Position numbers and translations under genes: made by a program
Shown here: one piece after another, positions 1 through 10,758 of the stretch
Layout of the letters: each line of letters begins with the position of its first letter
How positions within the stretch are numbered: the first letter of the stretch is position 1
Notes under the pieces: model-generated
The model's database searches: none
What the model was told of the DNA's origin: nothing
Seen by the model: the letters and a program-made list of their open reading frames with translations, nothing else
Assembly: GCA_963782055.1 (NCBI GenBank)
Contig: CAWAIF010000003.1
Span: 1,920,001 to 1,984,000 of the forward strand
Direction of reading: 5' to 3'
DNA from: an uncultured delta proteobacterium
GTDB taxonomy: Bacteria > Myxococcota_A > Polyangia > Polyangiales > Polyangiaceae
DNA length: 64,000 nucleotides

Positions 1-102
1 GTCGCTGGCGTTGTTGTTGTCGTCGCCGCTGCAGCCGACGAGGACGGAGCCGCCGAAGGCGGCGGTGAGGGCGAAGAGAGCCAGTGCGTGGGTGGTCTTC
101 AT
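1..102 (-). CDS. 5' end of a lipoprotein running off the window (possibly the partner of the DUF4331 gene)
   Basis: Minus strand from ATG at 102 reads MKTTHALALFALTAAFGGSVLVGCSGDDNNNASD (signal peptide, lipobox LVGC). GAGGAGG RBS at 109-115; 14 nt downstream of the DUF4331-like gene. Confidence 0.75.
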   Translation of the reverse strand, partial: MKTTHALALFALTAAFGGSVLVGCSGDDNNNASD

Positions 103-116
103 GGTGGGCCTCCTCG

Positions 117-833
117 TCACGGCTTGTTGTAGGTGGCGGCCCAGGCGGCGACCGCGCTGCCGCCCTTGGTGACGAGCGACTTGTCGACCGACACCACGAT
201 GGCGAGCGAGTTGAGGTTGGCGAAGAAGTCGGCGGGGGCGCCGCCGTCGCTCGCGTGCTGGAGCTGATCGCGCAGCGCCTTGGAGGTGCCGGCGTTGAGG
301 GTGGGGCACCCCGCGGTGTCGAAGGTGAGGCTCCCGGCTGCGCCCTCCACCGCCTTCACCGTGGCCTGGAAGCCGTCCAGGTTGAAGAAGAAGGGATCCG
401 CCCGGACGCCGGCGAAGACCTTGACCTTGCCGTCGGTGCTGGAGAGGCCCGTCGTCGCGCTGGCGTCGCCCGTGACCATCTCGTCGGTGCCGACCCAGCA
501 GGAGATCTTCTGCGCCACATCGAAGGTGCAGATGATGTCCTCGTCGGCGGTCGTCGCACCGAACTTCTTGCCGCTGCTGGTGTGAAAGACGTACTGCACG
601 CTGTCGGAGAACTTGGCCGAGGTCTTGTCCGCAGCGGGCAGGACGGTCATCGCGAGGACGAGGTTGCTGCCGTCCATCCACGCGTACATGTCGTTGATGT
701 CCGCGGTGGGCTCGTTGACGACGGCCGGCGAGTCGAGGTGGTCGGCGGACTGCGCCATGCGCGAGAAGCCGAGCACCGAGGCGATGCAAGCGGCGCCGGC
801 GGCCGCCGCCCATCCGAAGGTCTTACGTTTCAT
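117..833 (-). CDS. Secreted DUF4331-family protein
   Basis: Signal peptide followed by ADHLDSP..ADINDMYAW and VFAGVRADPFFFNL, motifs typical of DUF4331. Start taken at MKRKTF. Confidence 0.75.
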   Translation of the reverse strand: MKRKTFGWAAAAGAACIASVLGFSRMAQSADHLDSPAVVNEPTADINDMYAWMDGSNLVLAMTVLPAADKTSAKFSDSVQYVFHTSSGKKFGATTADEDIICTFDVAQKISCWVGTDEMVTGDASATTGLSSTDGKVKVFAGVRADPFFFNLDGFQATVKAVEGAAGSLTFDTAGCPTLNAGTSKALRDQLQHASDGGAPADFFANLNSLAIVVSVDKSLVTKGGSAVAAWAATYNKP

Positions 834-917
834 GAAGAGGCCCTTCCCCGTAGCTGCCGGAGGCACTACGCCGCCGGTCGTGCGGGACTACGCGCCGGGG
901 GGGCCACCGGATCGCCG

Positions 918-1676
918 CTAGGGGTTGCCTTCTCGTCGCCAGGCCGGCGTTTCTTCGTCGCGGGGGCGGCCGATGAGGAGCTCGTGGGGCGAAAAGCCCG
1001 CCTTGTAGTGGAGGGAGGGGCAATCGAGTACGCGGTAGCCGAGGTAGACGTGGGGCTGCCCGCCCGCGCGCGCTTCGTCGAGGAGCGTGAGCACGTTGGC
1101 GATGCCGAGCGACTCGTGGCGGAGGGCGGGGTCGTAGAAGAAGTAGGCTGCGCTGAGGGAGCGCGGGGTCTCGTCGAAGAGGCCCACGCCGACCAGTCGT
1201 CCACCGTCGGCGTCGTCGTAGAAGGCGGCCTCGCGCGCGCACGGATGAGGGAAGGCGAAGTCCAGCGCGTAGCGCTCGCCGTCGATGGGGCTCGGCTCCC
1301 AGCCGCGGCCGGCCTCGCGCGAGGCGTGCCAGCGCTGGTAGAGGTTCATCCGCTCGCGGTCGACCTGCGGGCGCGAGACGACGCGGCGAAGTCGCGCCGC
1401 CCGACGCCCGGCGCGCCGCTGGCTGCGGGTGGGGGTGAAGCTCGCCACCGGCACGCGCAGGGTGACGCACTCCCCGCACGGCGCGCACACCGGCCGGAAG
1501 TAGCACGGACCGAAGCGCCTCCAGCCGCGCTCGAGCATGGCGTCGAGCTCGCCGGCGGTGACGTCGAGCATGATGCGCACCTCGAGCGAGGACTGCCGGT
1601 CCGGCAGGTACGCGCACGCATGCGGCTTCTCGATGATGCGCTGGAGCAGGCGCGCCACCCCCCCATCACGACCCAT
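918..1676 (-). CDS. bpt: Bacterial ATE1-like aminoacyl-tRNA--protein transferase (arginyl/leucyltransferase, N-degron pathway)
   Basis: HACAYLP, GWRRFG..YFRPVC..C..C..LRV, LSAAYFFYDP, SLG, VYLGY...SLHYK motifs. Start uncertain. Confidence 0.88.
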   Translation of the reverse strand: MGRDGGVARLLQRIIEKPHACAYLPDRQSSLEVRIMLDVTAGELDAMLERGWRRFGPCYFRPVCAPCGECVTLRVPVASFTPTRSQRRAGRRAARLRRVVSRPQVDRERMNLYQRWHASREAGRGWEPSPIDGERYALDFAFPHPCAREAAFYDDADGGRLVGVGLFDETPRSLSAAYFFYDPALRHESLGIANVLTLLDEARAGGQPHVYLGYRVLDCPSLHYKAGFSPHELLIGRPRDEETPAWRREGNP

Positions 1677-1720
1677 TTCTCCCCCGCGCGCAACCCGCGC
1701 GCACATGTTACAGCACGGGG

Positions 1721-3280
1721 ATGCGGCTCGGACGGCGCGCGGTGCTCCAGTCGGCCGTCGGCGCGGCTCTCGCCGGCTGCGCCGGCAGGCCGTCGCGAGT
1801 CGCCCCACCGCGGGCGCCGGAGGTGCCTTTCGGGGTGCAAACGGGGGAGGTGACCCCCGGCCGGGCGGTGGTGTGGAGCCGCGCGGACCGCGACGCGCGG
1901 ATGGTGGTGGAGTGGTCGCTGCGCGAAGATTTTGCCAATCCGCGGCGTGTCGAGGGGCTGCGCGTCACCGCCGACACCGACTTCACCGGGCACCTGCTCC
2001 TGGAGGGCCTCCCCGACGCAGCGCGCATCCACTACCGCGTCGTGTTCGACGACGCCGGCCGGCAGAGCGAGCGCGTCGTCGGCAGCTTCCGCAGCGCCCC
2101 GCGCGCGGGCGAGACGGTCACCTTCGCGTGGAGCGCCGACACGTGCGGTCAAGGCTTCGGGATCGACCGCGCCCGTGGCGGCTTCCGCATCTACGACACC
2201 ATCCTGCGGCAGGAGCCCGACTTCTTCGTTCACGCCGGAGACCTGATCTACGCCGACTCCCCCGTCCTGCCGGAGATGAAGCTGGACGACGGCACGGTGC
2301 TGCGGCACGTGGTCACGCCCGCGAAGTCCAAGGTGGCGGAGACGCAGGACGAGTTTCGCGGGCAGTTCCAGTACAACCTGCTGGACGACAACGTGCGCCG
2401 GATGAACGCGCGGGTCGCGCAGCTCGTGATGTGGGACGACCACGAGACGCACAACAACTGGTTCCCCGGCCAGCTCCTGGACGACGCCCGCTACACGGAG
2501 AAGCGCGCCAGCGTGCTCGCCGCGCGCGCGAGGCGGGCGATGTTCGAGTACACCCCCATCGTCTCGGCCTCGCCCGCCGAGCGCGAGCGCGTCTACCGGC
2601 ACATCCCCTACGGCCCGCGCCTGGACGTCTTCCTGCTCGACGAGCGGAGCTACCGCGGCAAGAACACGCGAGGCCTGGAGGACGCTGGCGATCCCGACGC
2701 CGCCTTCCTCGGGCGCACGCAGCTCGCGTGGCTGAAGGAGGCGCTCGTGGCCTCGCGCACCACCTGGAAGGTCGTCGTGACCGACATGCCCCTCGCGCTC
2801 GTCGTGACCGACGCTCGCAAGGACGCCCCTCACGCGATGGAGGCGTGGGCCAACGGCGACGACGGCCCGCCACGCGGCCGCGAGCACGAGCTGGCCGACC
2901 TCCTCGCGCACCTCAAGGCGCACGGCGTCCGCGGCGTCGTCTTCCTCACGGCGGACGTCCACTACTGCGCCGCCCACCGTTTCGACCCCTCGCGCGCCGT
3001 GTTCAAGGACTTCGACGCCTTCCACGAGTTCGTCGCCGGCCCGATGCAGGCGGGTACCTTCGGCCCCAACGATCTGGACCCCACCTTCGGCCCGGAGGTC
3101 CTCTTCCAGAAGGCGCCGCCGAAGGGCAAGGCGAACCTCGCCCCCATTTTAGGCATGCAGTTCTTCGGCACCGTCCGCATCGACGGCATCACCGGCACGA
3201 TGACCGTCGCCCTCTGGGACGTCGCAGGCACCAAGCTCTACGAGATCGAGCTCGAGGCGCCGCGCCAGAACCCGGCTTGA
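1721..3280 (+). CDS. phoD: PhoD-family alkaline phosphatase, Tat-exported lipoprotein
   Basis: GRRAVL twin-arginine motif plus LAGC lipobox; GDLIYAD, WDDHE..NNW, LDERSYR, LTADVHY motifs. Confidence 0.93.
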   Translation: MRLGRRAVLQSAVGAALAGCAGRPSRVAPPRAPEVPFGVQTGEVTPGRAVVWSRADRDARMVVEWSLREDFANPRRVEGLRVTADTDFTGHLLLEGLPDAARIHYRVVFDDAGRQSERVVGSFRSAPRAGETVTFAWSADTCGQGFGIDRARGGFRIYDTILRQEPDFFVHAGDLIYADSPVLPEMKLDDGTVLRHVVTPAKSKVAETQDEFRGQFQYNLLDDNVRRMNARVAQLVMWDDHETHNNWFPGQLLDDARYTEKRASVLAARARRAMFEYTPIVSASPAERERVYRHIPYGPRLDVFLLDERSYRGKNTRGLEDAGDPDAAFLGRTQLAWLKEALVASRTTWKVVVTDMPLALVVTDARKDAPHAMEAWANGDDGPPRGREHELADLLAHLKAHGVRGVVFLTADVHYCAAHRFDPSRAVFKDFDAFHEFVAGPMQAGTFGPNDLDPTFGPEVLFQKAPPKGKANLAPILGMQFFGTVRIDGITGTMTVALWDVAGTKLYEIELEAPRQNPA

Positions 3281-3350
3281 CGGCCTGACTCGGGTCGTAG
3301 ATGCTGGCTGGCTCGGCCCGCCGTGTCGCGCGGGCCCTCTTGCACAGGGG

Positions 3351-4604
3351 ATGACCATCATGAAGATCGAGCACAACGGGCCCAAGGCACTCGGCGCGGG
3401 CGTCGCGCTGGCCCTCGCCACCTGGCTCGCCACGAGCCTCGGCGCCTGCAGCAGCGACACCCCGGCCGCGACGGTGGACTCCGGGCCGAGCTGCGGCTCG
3501 GGGAGCCAGCTCTGCGGGGAGTCGTGCACTCCCGTGGCGCGCGACCCCGAGAACTGCGGCGCCTGCGGGAAGGCGTGCGCGGCCGGCGAGGTGTGCTCGC
3601 AGGGGACCTGCGCGCTCGGCTGCGGCGGCGGGACGACCGAGTGCGGTGGCGTCTGCGCCGACACCAACAGCGACCCGACCAACTGCGGCGCCTGTGGCAC
3701 CAAGTGCAAAGGCGGGGAGGTGTGCTCGCAGGGTCAGTGCACAGCGACGTGCGCCGACACCGAACAGGCGTGCGGCCAGTCTTGTGTGGACACCCAGACG
3801 GATCGCACAAACTGCGGCGGCTGCGGCGCCATGTGCGGCGATGGTGAGATCTGCGTCGCCGGCAAGTGCGCGCTCTCCTGCCAGCAGGGGCTCACGCTCT
3901 GCTCCGCCCAGGTCGGCGACGGCGGCGTGAACGACGCCTCGGTGGACGCGGCCGACGCGTCGAGCGACGGCGGCCTCGGCGTCCCCTACTGCGCCAACCT
4001 CCAGACGGACAACGCCAACTGCGGCGGCTGCGGCGTCGCGTGCGGCCCCGGCGAGACGTGCTCCGCCGGCGCGTGCACCACGACGTGCCAGCCCAACGAG
4101 ACGCTTTGCACGCCCGACGGCGGCGCCCCGTACTGTGCCACCACCGACAGCGACAACAAGAACTGCGGCGGCTGCGGCAACACCTGCCCCGCAGGGCAGA
4201 CGTGCTCCTCCGGCACGTGCGTGACCGGTAGCTGCGCGGTGGCCAACGGCATGACCTGGTGCTTCAACCCCGCCGCGTGCGGCCAGGCCTGTGACGCCGT
4301 GTGCAAGTCCCTCGGGCTGACGCTGGAGAGCGACACGACCGCCTGGTTCAACGCGCAGAACACCCAGCAGCTCTGCAAGAACATCTCGGAGGCGCTGGGC
4401 CTGGGGAGCGCGGTGAACTTCAGCGGGTACAGCTATGCCTGCCTCGAGGACTCCTACGGCACCCACGCGCAGGGTGGCGGCCTGAACGGGACAATCTACT
4501 GCTCGAGCTCGACCACGTGCCCCGCCGCCCACGTGAACGTCATGGATCAGGGGGGCGTGGCTTGCGGTACCACCTCGCGGCGATCCGTCTGTCCCTGCAA
4601 GTAG
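3351..4604 (+). CDS. Cys-rich repeat lipoprotein (myxobacterial DxxNCGxCGxxC / Stig1-like repeats)
   Basis: Lipobox LGAC; five DxxNCGxCGxxC repeats; DGG/DAS spacer; unique Cys-rich C-terminal domain. Confidence 0.85.
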   Translation: MTIMKIEHNGPKALGAGVALALATWLATSLGACSSDTPAATVDSGPSCGSGSQLCGESCTPVARDPENCGACGKACAAGEVCSQGTCALGCGGGTTECGGVCADTNSDPTNCGACGTKCKGGEVCSQGQCTATCADTEQACGQSCVDTQTDRTNCGGCGAMCGDGEICVAGKCALSCQQGLTLCSAQVGDGGVNDASVDAADASSDGGLGVPYCANLQTDNANCGGCGVACGPGETCSAGACTTTCQPNETLCTPDGGAPYCATTDSDNKNCGGCGNTCPAGQTCSSGTCVTGSCAVANGMTWCFNPAACGQACDAVCKSLGLTLESDTTAWFNAQNTQQLCKNISEALGLGSAVNFSGYSYACLEDSYGTHAQGGGLNGTIYCSSSTTCPAAHVNVMDQGGVACGTTSRRSVCPCK

Positions 4605-4616
4605 CTTGTTCGTGGC

Positions 4617-4647
4617 GAGGGCGGCCTCCCTTCGCGGGGCCGCCCTC
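4617..4647. terminator. GC-rich hairpin between convergent genes (possible bidirectional terminator)
   Basis: GAGGGCGGCC ... GGCCGCCCTC perfect 10-bp stem; no strong U-tract. Confidence 0.45.
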
Positions 4648-4667
4648 CGCCGGGTTCCGCGCCTCGC

Positions 4668-5119
4668 TCAGTTGGAGAGCGCGCAGACGCCGGCGTCCCC
4701 GCAGACGGCCGTCTTGCCTGCGCACGGGTCGTTCAGGCAGGTGACCTGCTGGCCGTTGCACGTTGGGTCGGGATCGCTCGCGCCGAGGGCGTAGCACGTG
4801 CACGGCTCGAGCAGCTTGTCGCTGCAGTAGCTGGAGAAGGTGCGGCAGCCGCCGCCGTCACCGCAAGCGGAGGGCGGCAGCGAGGCGTCGCCCGCGGCGT
4901 CGTCCGCCGCGTCGGCGACCCCCGCGTCCTGCGAGGCGTCGGCCCCCGCGTCCGACGCCGCCTCGGCCGCGCCGTCGGACGGCTCAGACACATCCCCGGC
5001 CGTGGCGTCCTGGGCGCGTCCGGCCCGTACGTGATGTCGTCCCCCGTGCAAGCGACGAGGAGCAGGGAAGACCCGACAGCAATGAGGCCAGCGCCGGGAC
5101 GAACTGCGCGCGATAGCAT
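4668..5119 (-). pseudogene. Small Cys-rich lipoprotein split by a frameshift at ~5015 (real lesion or sequencing error)
   Basis: Signal peptide/lipobox (MLSRAVR...LLVACTGDDITYGPDA) is in one frame; the DAG-rich linker and Cys-rich domain (AQDATAGD...CALSN) are in another. Confidence 0.7.
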
Positions 5120-5194
5120 GGCTCGAGCGTACCCCGACCGGCACCCGCCGTCCTGCCCTGCTCGCGCCCGGGCGGCGTGCTACATACGACCCCG

Positions 5195-6355
5195 ATGCGC
5201 CGCACCCTCGTCGTCGGGGACCTGCACCTGAGCGCGCACACGCCCCGCGCCGTCGCCGCGGACTTCGCCGCGCTGCTCCGAGCCAGCGCGGGGGCCCGCG
5301 TCGTCATCGCCGGCGACTTCTTCGACCTCTCCGCCGAGACGCCCCGCGTCTCCGCCGACCGCGCCATCGAGACCGGCTTCGGCGCCCACGGAGAGCTCCG
5401 CCGCGCCCTCGCCGAGCACGTGGACGCCGGAGGCGAGCTCGCCTGGCTCGCGGGCAACCACGATCCGGAGATGGGCGGCCGCGGCGCCAGCGAGCGGCTG
5501 CGTGGCGCGCTCGGCCTCGGCGAGGAGACCGCGTCCCGGCTGACCTCGTCGCCCTGGTTCTTGCGCGAGGGAGACCTGCACGTCGAGCACGGCCACCTCT
5601 ACGATCCGGACAACGCCCCCGAGCACCCGCTCGTGCCGCCGCGCGCCAGCCTGGGCGTCCACTTCGTGGAGGACTTCATCGCGCCCACCGGCGCCTACAG
5701 CTACCTCAACGCCAACGACGATACCCCCCTGCGCCTCCTCGTCCACGCCTTCCGCGCCTACGGCCCCCGCGGGCCGGAGGTCGTCGCGCGCTACTTCATG
5801 ACCGCCGCGCGCGCCCTCGCGCGGAGCGGCCCGCGCTTCGCCGGCGAGGGCGAGTGGGAGGCCGGCGAGGCCGAGCTCGACGCCTTCGTCGCGGGGGCCG
5901 GCGTCGACGCCGGCGTCGCCCGCGCGCTCCTGGACGAGCGCGCCACGCCCACCATGCGAAGCTTGCATAATACAATCGCCCGCCTCTACCTCGATCGCGT
6001 GGCGGGCACCGTCACCATCCTCGCCGGCCTGGCGACGCTCGCCGCCGGCCGCCGCCGCGCGGGCGCCGCCCTGGTGGGCCTCGGCGCCGTCGGCCTCGCC
6101 GCGAGCTGGTCGCGCGGACACGATCGCTACGGCGGCACCGTCGCCGCCCGGCTGGAGGACGGCGCGCTCCGCGTCGGTCGTGCGAGCGGCGCGTCCCTCG
6201 TGGTGATGGGCCACGCCCACGTCGCGACCCAGCGCGACGGCTACGCCAACACCGGCAGCTTCGCCTTCCCGCGCGGGGCCCCGGGGCGCCCCTACCTGGA
6301 AATCGAGGGCCCGCCGGAGCGCCCTCGCGCCGCCCGTCGCTTCTGGAGCGCGTAG
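5195..6355 (+). CDS. Calcineurin-like metallophosphoesterase (LpxH-like) with a C-terminal hydrophobic hairpin
   Basis: GDLH, GDFFD, GNHD, HGH and GHAH motifs in canonical order. Confidence 0.85.
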   Translation: MRRTLVVGDLHLSAHTPRAVAADFAALLRASAGARVVIAGDFFDLSAETPRVSADRAIETGFGAHGELRRALAEHVDAGGELAWLAGNHDPEMGGRGASERLRGALGLGEETASRLTSSPWFLREGDLHVEHGHLYDPDNAPEHPLVPPRASLGVHFVEDFIAPTGAYSYLNANDDTPLRLLVHAFRAYGPRGPEVVARYFMTAARALARSGPRFAGEGEWEAGEAELDAFVAGAGVDAGVARALLDERATPTMRSLHNTIARLYLDRVAGTVTILAGLATLAAGRRRAGAALVGLGAVGLAASWSRGHDRYGGTVAARLEDGALRVGRASGASLVVMGHAHVATQRDGYANTGSFAFPRGAPGRPYLEIEGPPERPRAARRFWSA

Positions 6356-6373
6356 CGCGCGCGCGGGAGCCCG

Positions 6374-7300
6374 TCACGAGCTGCGCGGGTAGATCAGCAC
6401 GTACTCGTGCGGCCGAGGCCGGAACAGCACCGCCTTCCCGCCCAGCTTCGCGCCGTCGTAGTGGGCGTACCACTCCATCTTCTTCCACGAGTCCGTCGGC
6501 TCGATGAACTCCGGCACGTACGTGTCCAGCTCGGCGTACCGGCCGTGCGTGTATTCTGCAAGCTTCGGCCCGAAGGCCCAGGCGGCGCGCTCCGGCGGCG
6601 GGGCGAGGTCGTTGTGCAGCGCCCCGCCGTAGGTCACCACCACCTTGCCCGCGCCCGACGCCGCCGCGCGGTCGCGCGCGACCATCGCCTCGCTCTGCGT
6701 CGCCGTGAGCCGGGCGATGAGCGAGAGCGACGCGACGATGGCGTCCGCCCCCGCGTCGTTCACCGCGTCCATGTCCGCGCACGTCGGCCGGAGCAGGTCC
6801 GGGACGATCCCCAGCGCGTGCGCCGCGTTCCCCATCTGCACGTACTCATTCTGGTCCTGCGGCGCCTGCTTCGACGTGACCACCTTCTGCTTCTGCCGCA
6901 CCGCCTGCGTCTTCGCCTTGCATCCCTTCGGAGGCATCATCAGCTCGACCAGGAGGTCCGAGGCGCGCCCGTGAAGCAGGGGCAGCAGCGTCGTGGTGAA
7001 GCGCCTGGCCGACGACGCCACCTTCGCGCCCTTCTGCGCATGAGCTTCCCCCACCGACAGCACCTCCGGCTGCTCGTCCAGCACGGTCAGCAGCGCGTCC
7101 TGGGGCTTGTCGAACGCCAGGCAGCCGAGCTCCCCGCACGGAACGCCGCCGTGGGGGCCGGGCGCCGCCACGGCGGCGGACGACGCGGCCGGGCCGGCGG
7201 AGGCCGAGGCGCTCACCGTCGCCGGCGACGCCGCCCCGTCCTTCTTCCCGCACGAGAGCGCCAGCGCGACCGCGACCAGACCGACCGACCATCCCCGCAT
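6374..7300 (-). CDS. Hypothetical lipoprotein
   Basis: MRGWSVGLVAVALALSC lipobox, Ala/Ser linker, globular domain with GEAH and YGGALHND; high GC3. Confidence 0.75.
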   Translation of the reverse strand: MRGWSVGLVAVALALSCGKKDGAASPATVSASASAGPAASSAAVAAPGPHGGVPCGELGCLAFDKPQDALLTVLDEQPEVLSVGEAHAQKGAKVASSARRFTTTLLPLLHGRASDLLVELMMPPKGCKAKTQAVRQKQKVVTSKQAPQDQNEYVQMGNAAHALGIVPDLLRPTCADMDAVNDAGADAIVASLSLIARLTATQSEAMVARDRAAASGAGKVVVTYGGALHNDLAPPPERAAWAFGPKLAEYTHGRYAELDTYVPEFIEPTDSWKKMEWYAHYDGAKLGGKAVLFRPRPHEYVLIYPRSS

Positions 7301-7393
7301 CGTCACGCGAGGGTAGCACCTCGGCCCCGCGCTCACAGCCCCGCAAGCGAACCCATCGCGCCGGCCCCGGGCTCTCACCGTGTGGAGGTAGCA

Positions 7394-7810
7394 ATGAGTA
7401 CCGTGGCCGTCACCCAAGAGAGCTTCGTGTCCCTCGTGGAGAAGGAAGGGATCCTCGTCATCGACTGGTGGGCGGCCTGGTGCGGTCCGTGCCGCGCCTT
7501 CGCCCCCGTCTTCGAGAAGGCGTCCGCCAGGCACCCCGACGTCACCTGGGGCAAGGTCGACACCGAGGCCGAGCCGGAGATCGCCGGGGCGATGGGCATC
7601 CGCGCCATCCCCACCCTGAGCATCTTCCGCGACGGCATCCTGGTCTTCCACAACCCCGGGATGCTGCCGCCCGCCGCGCTGGAGGACGTCCTCGCCAAGG
7701 TCCGCGCGCTGGACATGGACAAGGTCCGCGAGGACATCGCCGAGCAGGAGAAGGCGCGTGAGGTCGCGCCGGAGGTCGCGCCCCAGGCGGCGGCCGCCAC
7801 GACCGCCTGA
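7394..7810 (+). CDS. trxA: Thioredoxin
   Basis: WAAWCGPC active site, IRAIPT motif, GGAGG RBS upstream. Confidence 0.93.
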   Translation: MSTVAVTQESFVSLVEKEGILVIDWWAAWCGPCRAFAPVFEKASARHPDVTWGKVDTEAEPEIAGAMGIRAIPTLSIFRDGILVFHNPGMLPPAALEDVLAKVRALDMDKVREDIAEQEKAREVAPEVAPQAAAATTA

Positions 7811-7821
7811 GCCGAGCGCGT

Positions 7822-7944
7822 GCCCGCGCGCGCGTGAACGTGCACGACCCCGTCTCCCGGACGGCGCAACCTTCCGTTCCCGGGGCCCGGCAGCACCTCC
7901 CTCTTCCGGGTGCGGGGTTCGTGCACGTCCACGCGCGCGCGGGC
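7822..7944. repeat. Long intergenic inverted repeat (31/32-nt arms) enclosing two small hairpins
   Basis: GCCCGCGCGCGCGTGAACGTGCACGACCCCG (7822-7852) is the reverse complement of 7913-7944 with one mismatch and one bulge. Confidence 0.85.
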
Positions 7945-7958
7945 CGCGGCCGTCGCCG

Positions 7959-9074
<1,116 letters not shown>

Positions 9075-9076
9075 GG

Positions 9077-10645
9077 TCACCCCCCGAAGAACTCGCGCAC
9101 GCGCTTCATGCGCTTGCGAAGCAGGAGCGGGATCTTCCACGCCCCCAGCACGCGGCCGATCTGCGCGTCCGCGAGCGCCTCGCCCAGCTTGCCGAGGTCG
9201 CTGTCGAAGGGCATCCAGAAGATCTCCGGGGCCGTCGCCTCGTCCACCACGAAGGCGCGCGGCCGGGCGAAGGTGGTGAGCGACCAGCCGCTGTTGGCGA
9301 CGCCGAAGCCGGTGGCGCGCGTCCCGGTCCACGGCAGGGCGGGCACCGCTCCGGTGAAGGCGTGGTTGTTCACGTCCACGATGCCGACCTCCAGCCGCTC
9401 GGCCAGGCGCTCCGCGCGGGCCACGTCGCGCGTCCAGATGGACGCGCCCAGGCCGTACTTGCCCGCGTTGATGCGGCGCACCGCCTCGTCGGCGCCGTGG
9501 ATGCGCACGACGGCGAGCACCGGGCCGAAGGTCTCCTCCCGCACCACGTCCATCGCGTCGGTGCAGCCGTCCAGCAGCGTGGGCTCGTAGCCGAAGCCGG
9601 CGCCCGTCCGCTTGCCGCCGCACACCACGCGCGCGCCCTTGGCGACGGCGTCGCGCACCTGCGACTCGACGATCTCCAGCTGCCTGGCGTTGGCCATGGG
9701 CGAGACCTCCACGTCGGGCTCGCCGGGGCCGGTGCGCAGCCGCCGCCACGCGCTCTCCAGCCGGGCGACGAGCTCGTCGGCGATGCGGTCCTCGACGTAG
9801 ACGATCTCGATCGCCCCGCAGGCCTGCCCGCTGTTGGAGAGCGCCCAGTGGGTGATGGCGGCGGTGGTGCGCCACAGATCGCAGTCGGCCAGCACGATGG
9901 CGGCGTCCTTGCCGCCCATCTCGACGCTGGAGGGGATGCCCAGCTCCGCGCAGCGCACCCGCACCGCCTTGCCGGCGCGCACCGAGCCGGTGAAGACGCA
10001 CGCGTCGATGCCGGCGTCGACGAGCGCCGCGCCCACCGTGCCGTCGCCCTGGATCACCTGCGCGACGCCGAAGGGCAGCTCCCTCGCCAGGTGCTCGACG
10101 AACCATGCGCTGGTGCGCGGCGTGTACTCCGACGGCTTGAGCAGCACCGCGTTGCCGAGCAAGAGCGCGGGGATCACCGACCGGTAGAGTCCCGCCACCG
10201 GGAAGTTCCACGGCGCGATGACGCCGATGACCCCGCGGGGCACCAGGTCGATGCGCGCGCGCTTCTTGGGGAAGTTGATCGGGTTGAGGCGCACCGCCTC
10301 CCGCGCGTGCCGCTCCACGATCTTCTTCCACGAGGTGACGGCGTCCAGGTGGCCGAGGCCCTCCGTGAAGAGGCCCTCCACCTCGTGCTTGCCCATCTCC
10401 TCCTTCGCGAGGGCGACGACGCGATCGCGATCGCGGAGCATGGCCTTCGCAGCGCGGGTCAGCGCCGCCGCCCGCGCCTCGAGTGTCCGCCCCGCCCACT
10501 CCGGCTGCGCGACCCGCGCCGCCTCGACGGCGCGCCGCAGCTCGTCGCGCGTGGCCATCGGCAGCGGCTGCAGCTCCGATCCGTCGAGGGGGGAGACGCG
10601 GTGGATCGCGGGAGAATGGGGCGTCGTGCCGTTCTGGTGGAGCAT
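9077..10645 (-). CDS. Aldehyde dehydrogenase family protein
   Basis: PWNFP, KPSE, FTGS, EMGGKD (catalytic Glu), GQAC (catalytic Cys), EETFGP. Confidence 0.93.
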   Translation of the reverse strand: MLHQNGTTPHSPAIHRVSPLDGSELQPLPMATRDELRRAVEAARVAQPEWAGRTLEARAAALTRAAKAMLRDRDRVVALAKEEMGKHEVEGLFTEGLGHLDAVTSWKKIVERHAREAVRLNPINFPKKRARIDLVPRGVIGVIAPWNFPVAGLYRSVIPALLLGNAVLLKPSEYTPRTSAWFVEHLARELPFGVAQVIQGDGTVGAALVDAGIDACVFTGSVRAGKAVRVRCAELGIPSSVEMGGKDAAIVLADCDLWRTTAAITHWALSNSGQACGAIEIVYVEDRIADELVARLESAWRRLRTGPGEPDVEVSPMANARQLEIVESQVRDAVAKGARVVCGGKRTGAGFGYEPTLLDGCTDAMDVVREETFGPVLAVVRIHGADEAVRRINAGKYGLGASIWTRDVARAERLAERLEVGIVDVNNHAFTGAVPALPWTGTRATGFGVANSGWSLTTFARPRAFVVDEATAPEIFWMPFDSDLGKLGEALADAQIGRVLGAWKIPLLLRKRMKRVREFFGG

Positions 10646-10758
10646 CGCCGGGGTGCCATAGCACGACCGCGAAGGGGTCGCCGAGAGGCAAGCCGGGGCG
10701 GCGCGGGGCCCGGGCTCAGCTTGTCCGCCCCCCCGCGCCGGTGTACAGACCCCGGGCC

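Noticed and set aside
3351..4604. Multiheme cytochrome or RiPP precursor interpretation of the Cys-rich proteins
   Set aside because: Motifs are CxxCG, not CxxCH, and no RiPP maturase is nearby.
7822..7944. SRP RNA (ffs) or tRNA
   Set aside because: Contains CCGGAAG but lacks the conserved CAGG..GNRA..AGCA helix-8 pattern; no cloverleaf or T-loop.
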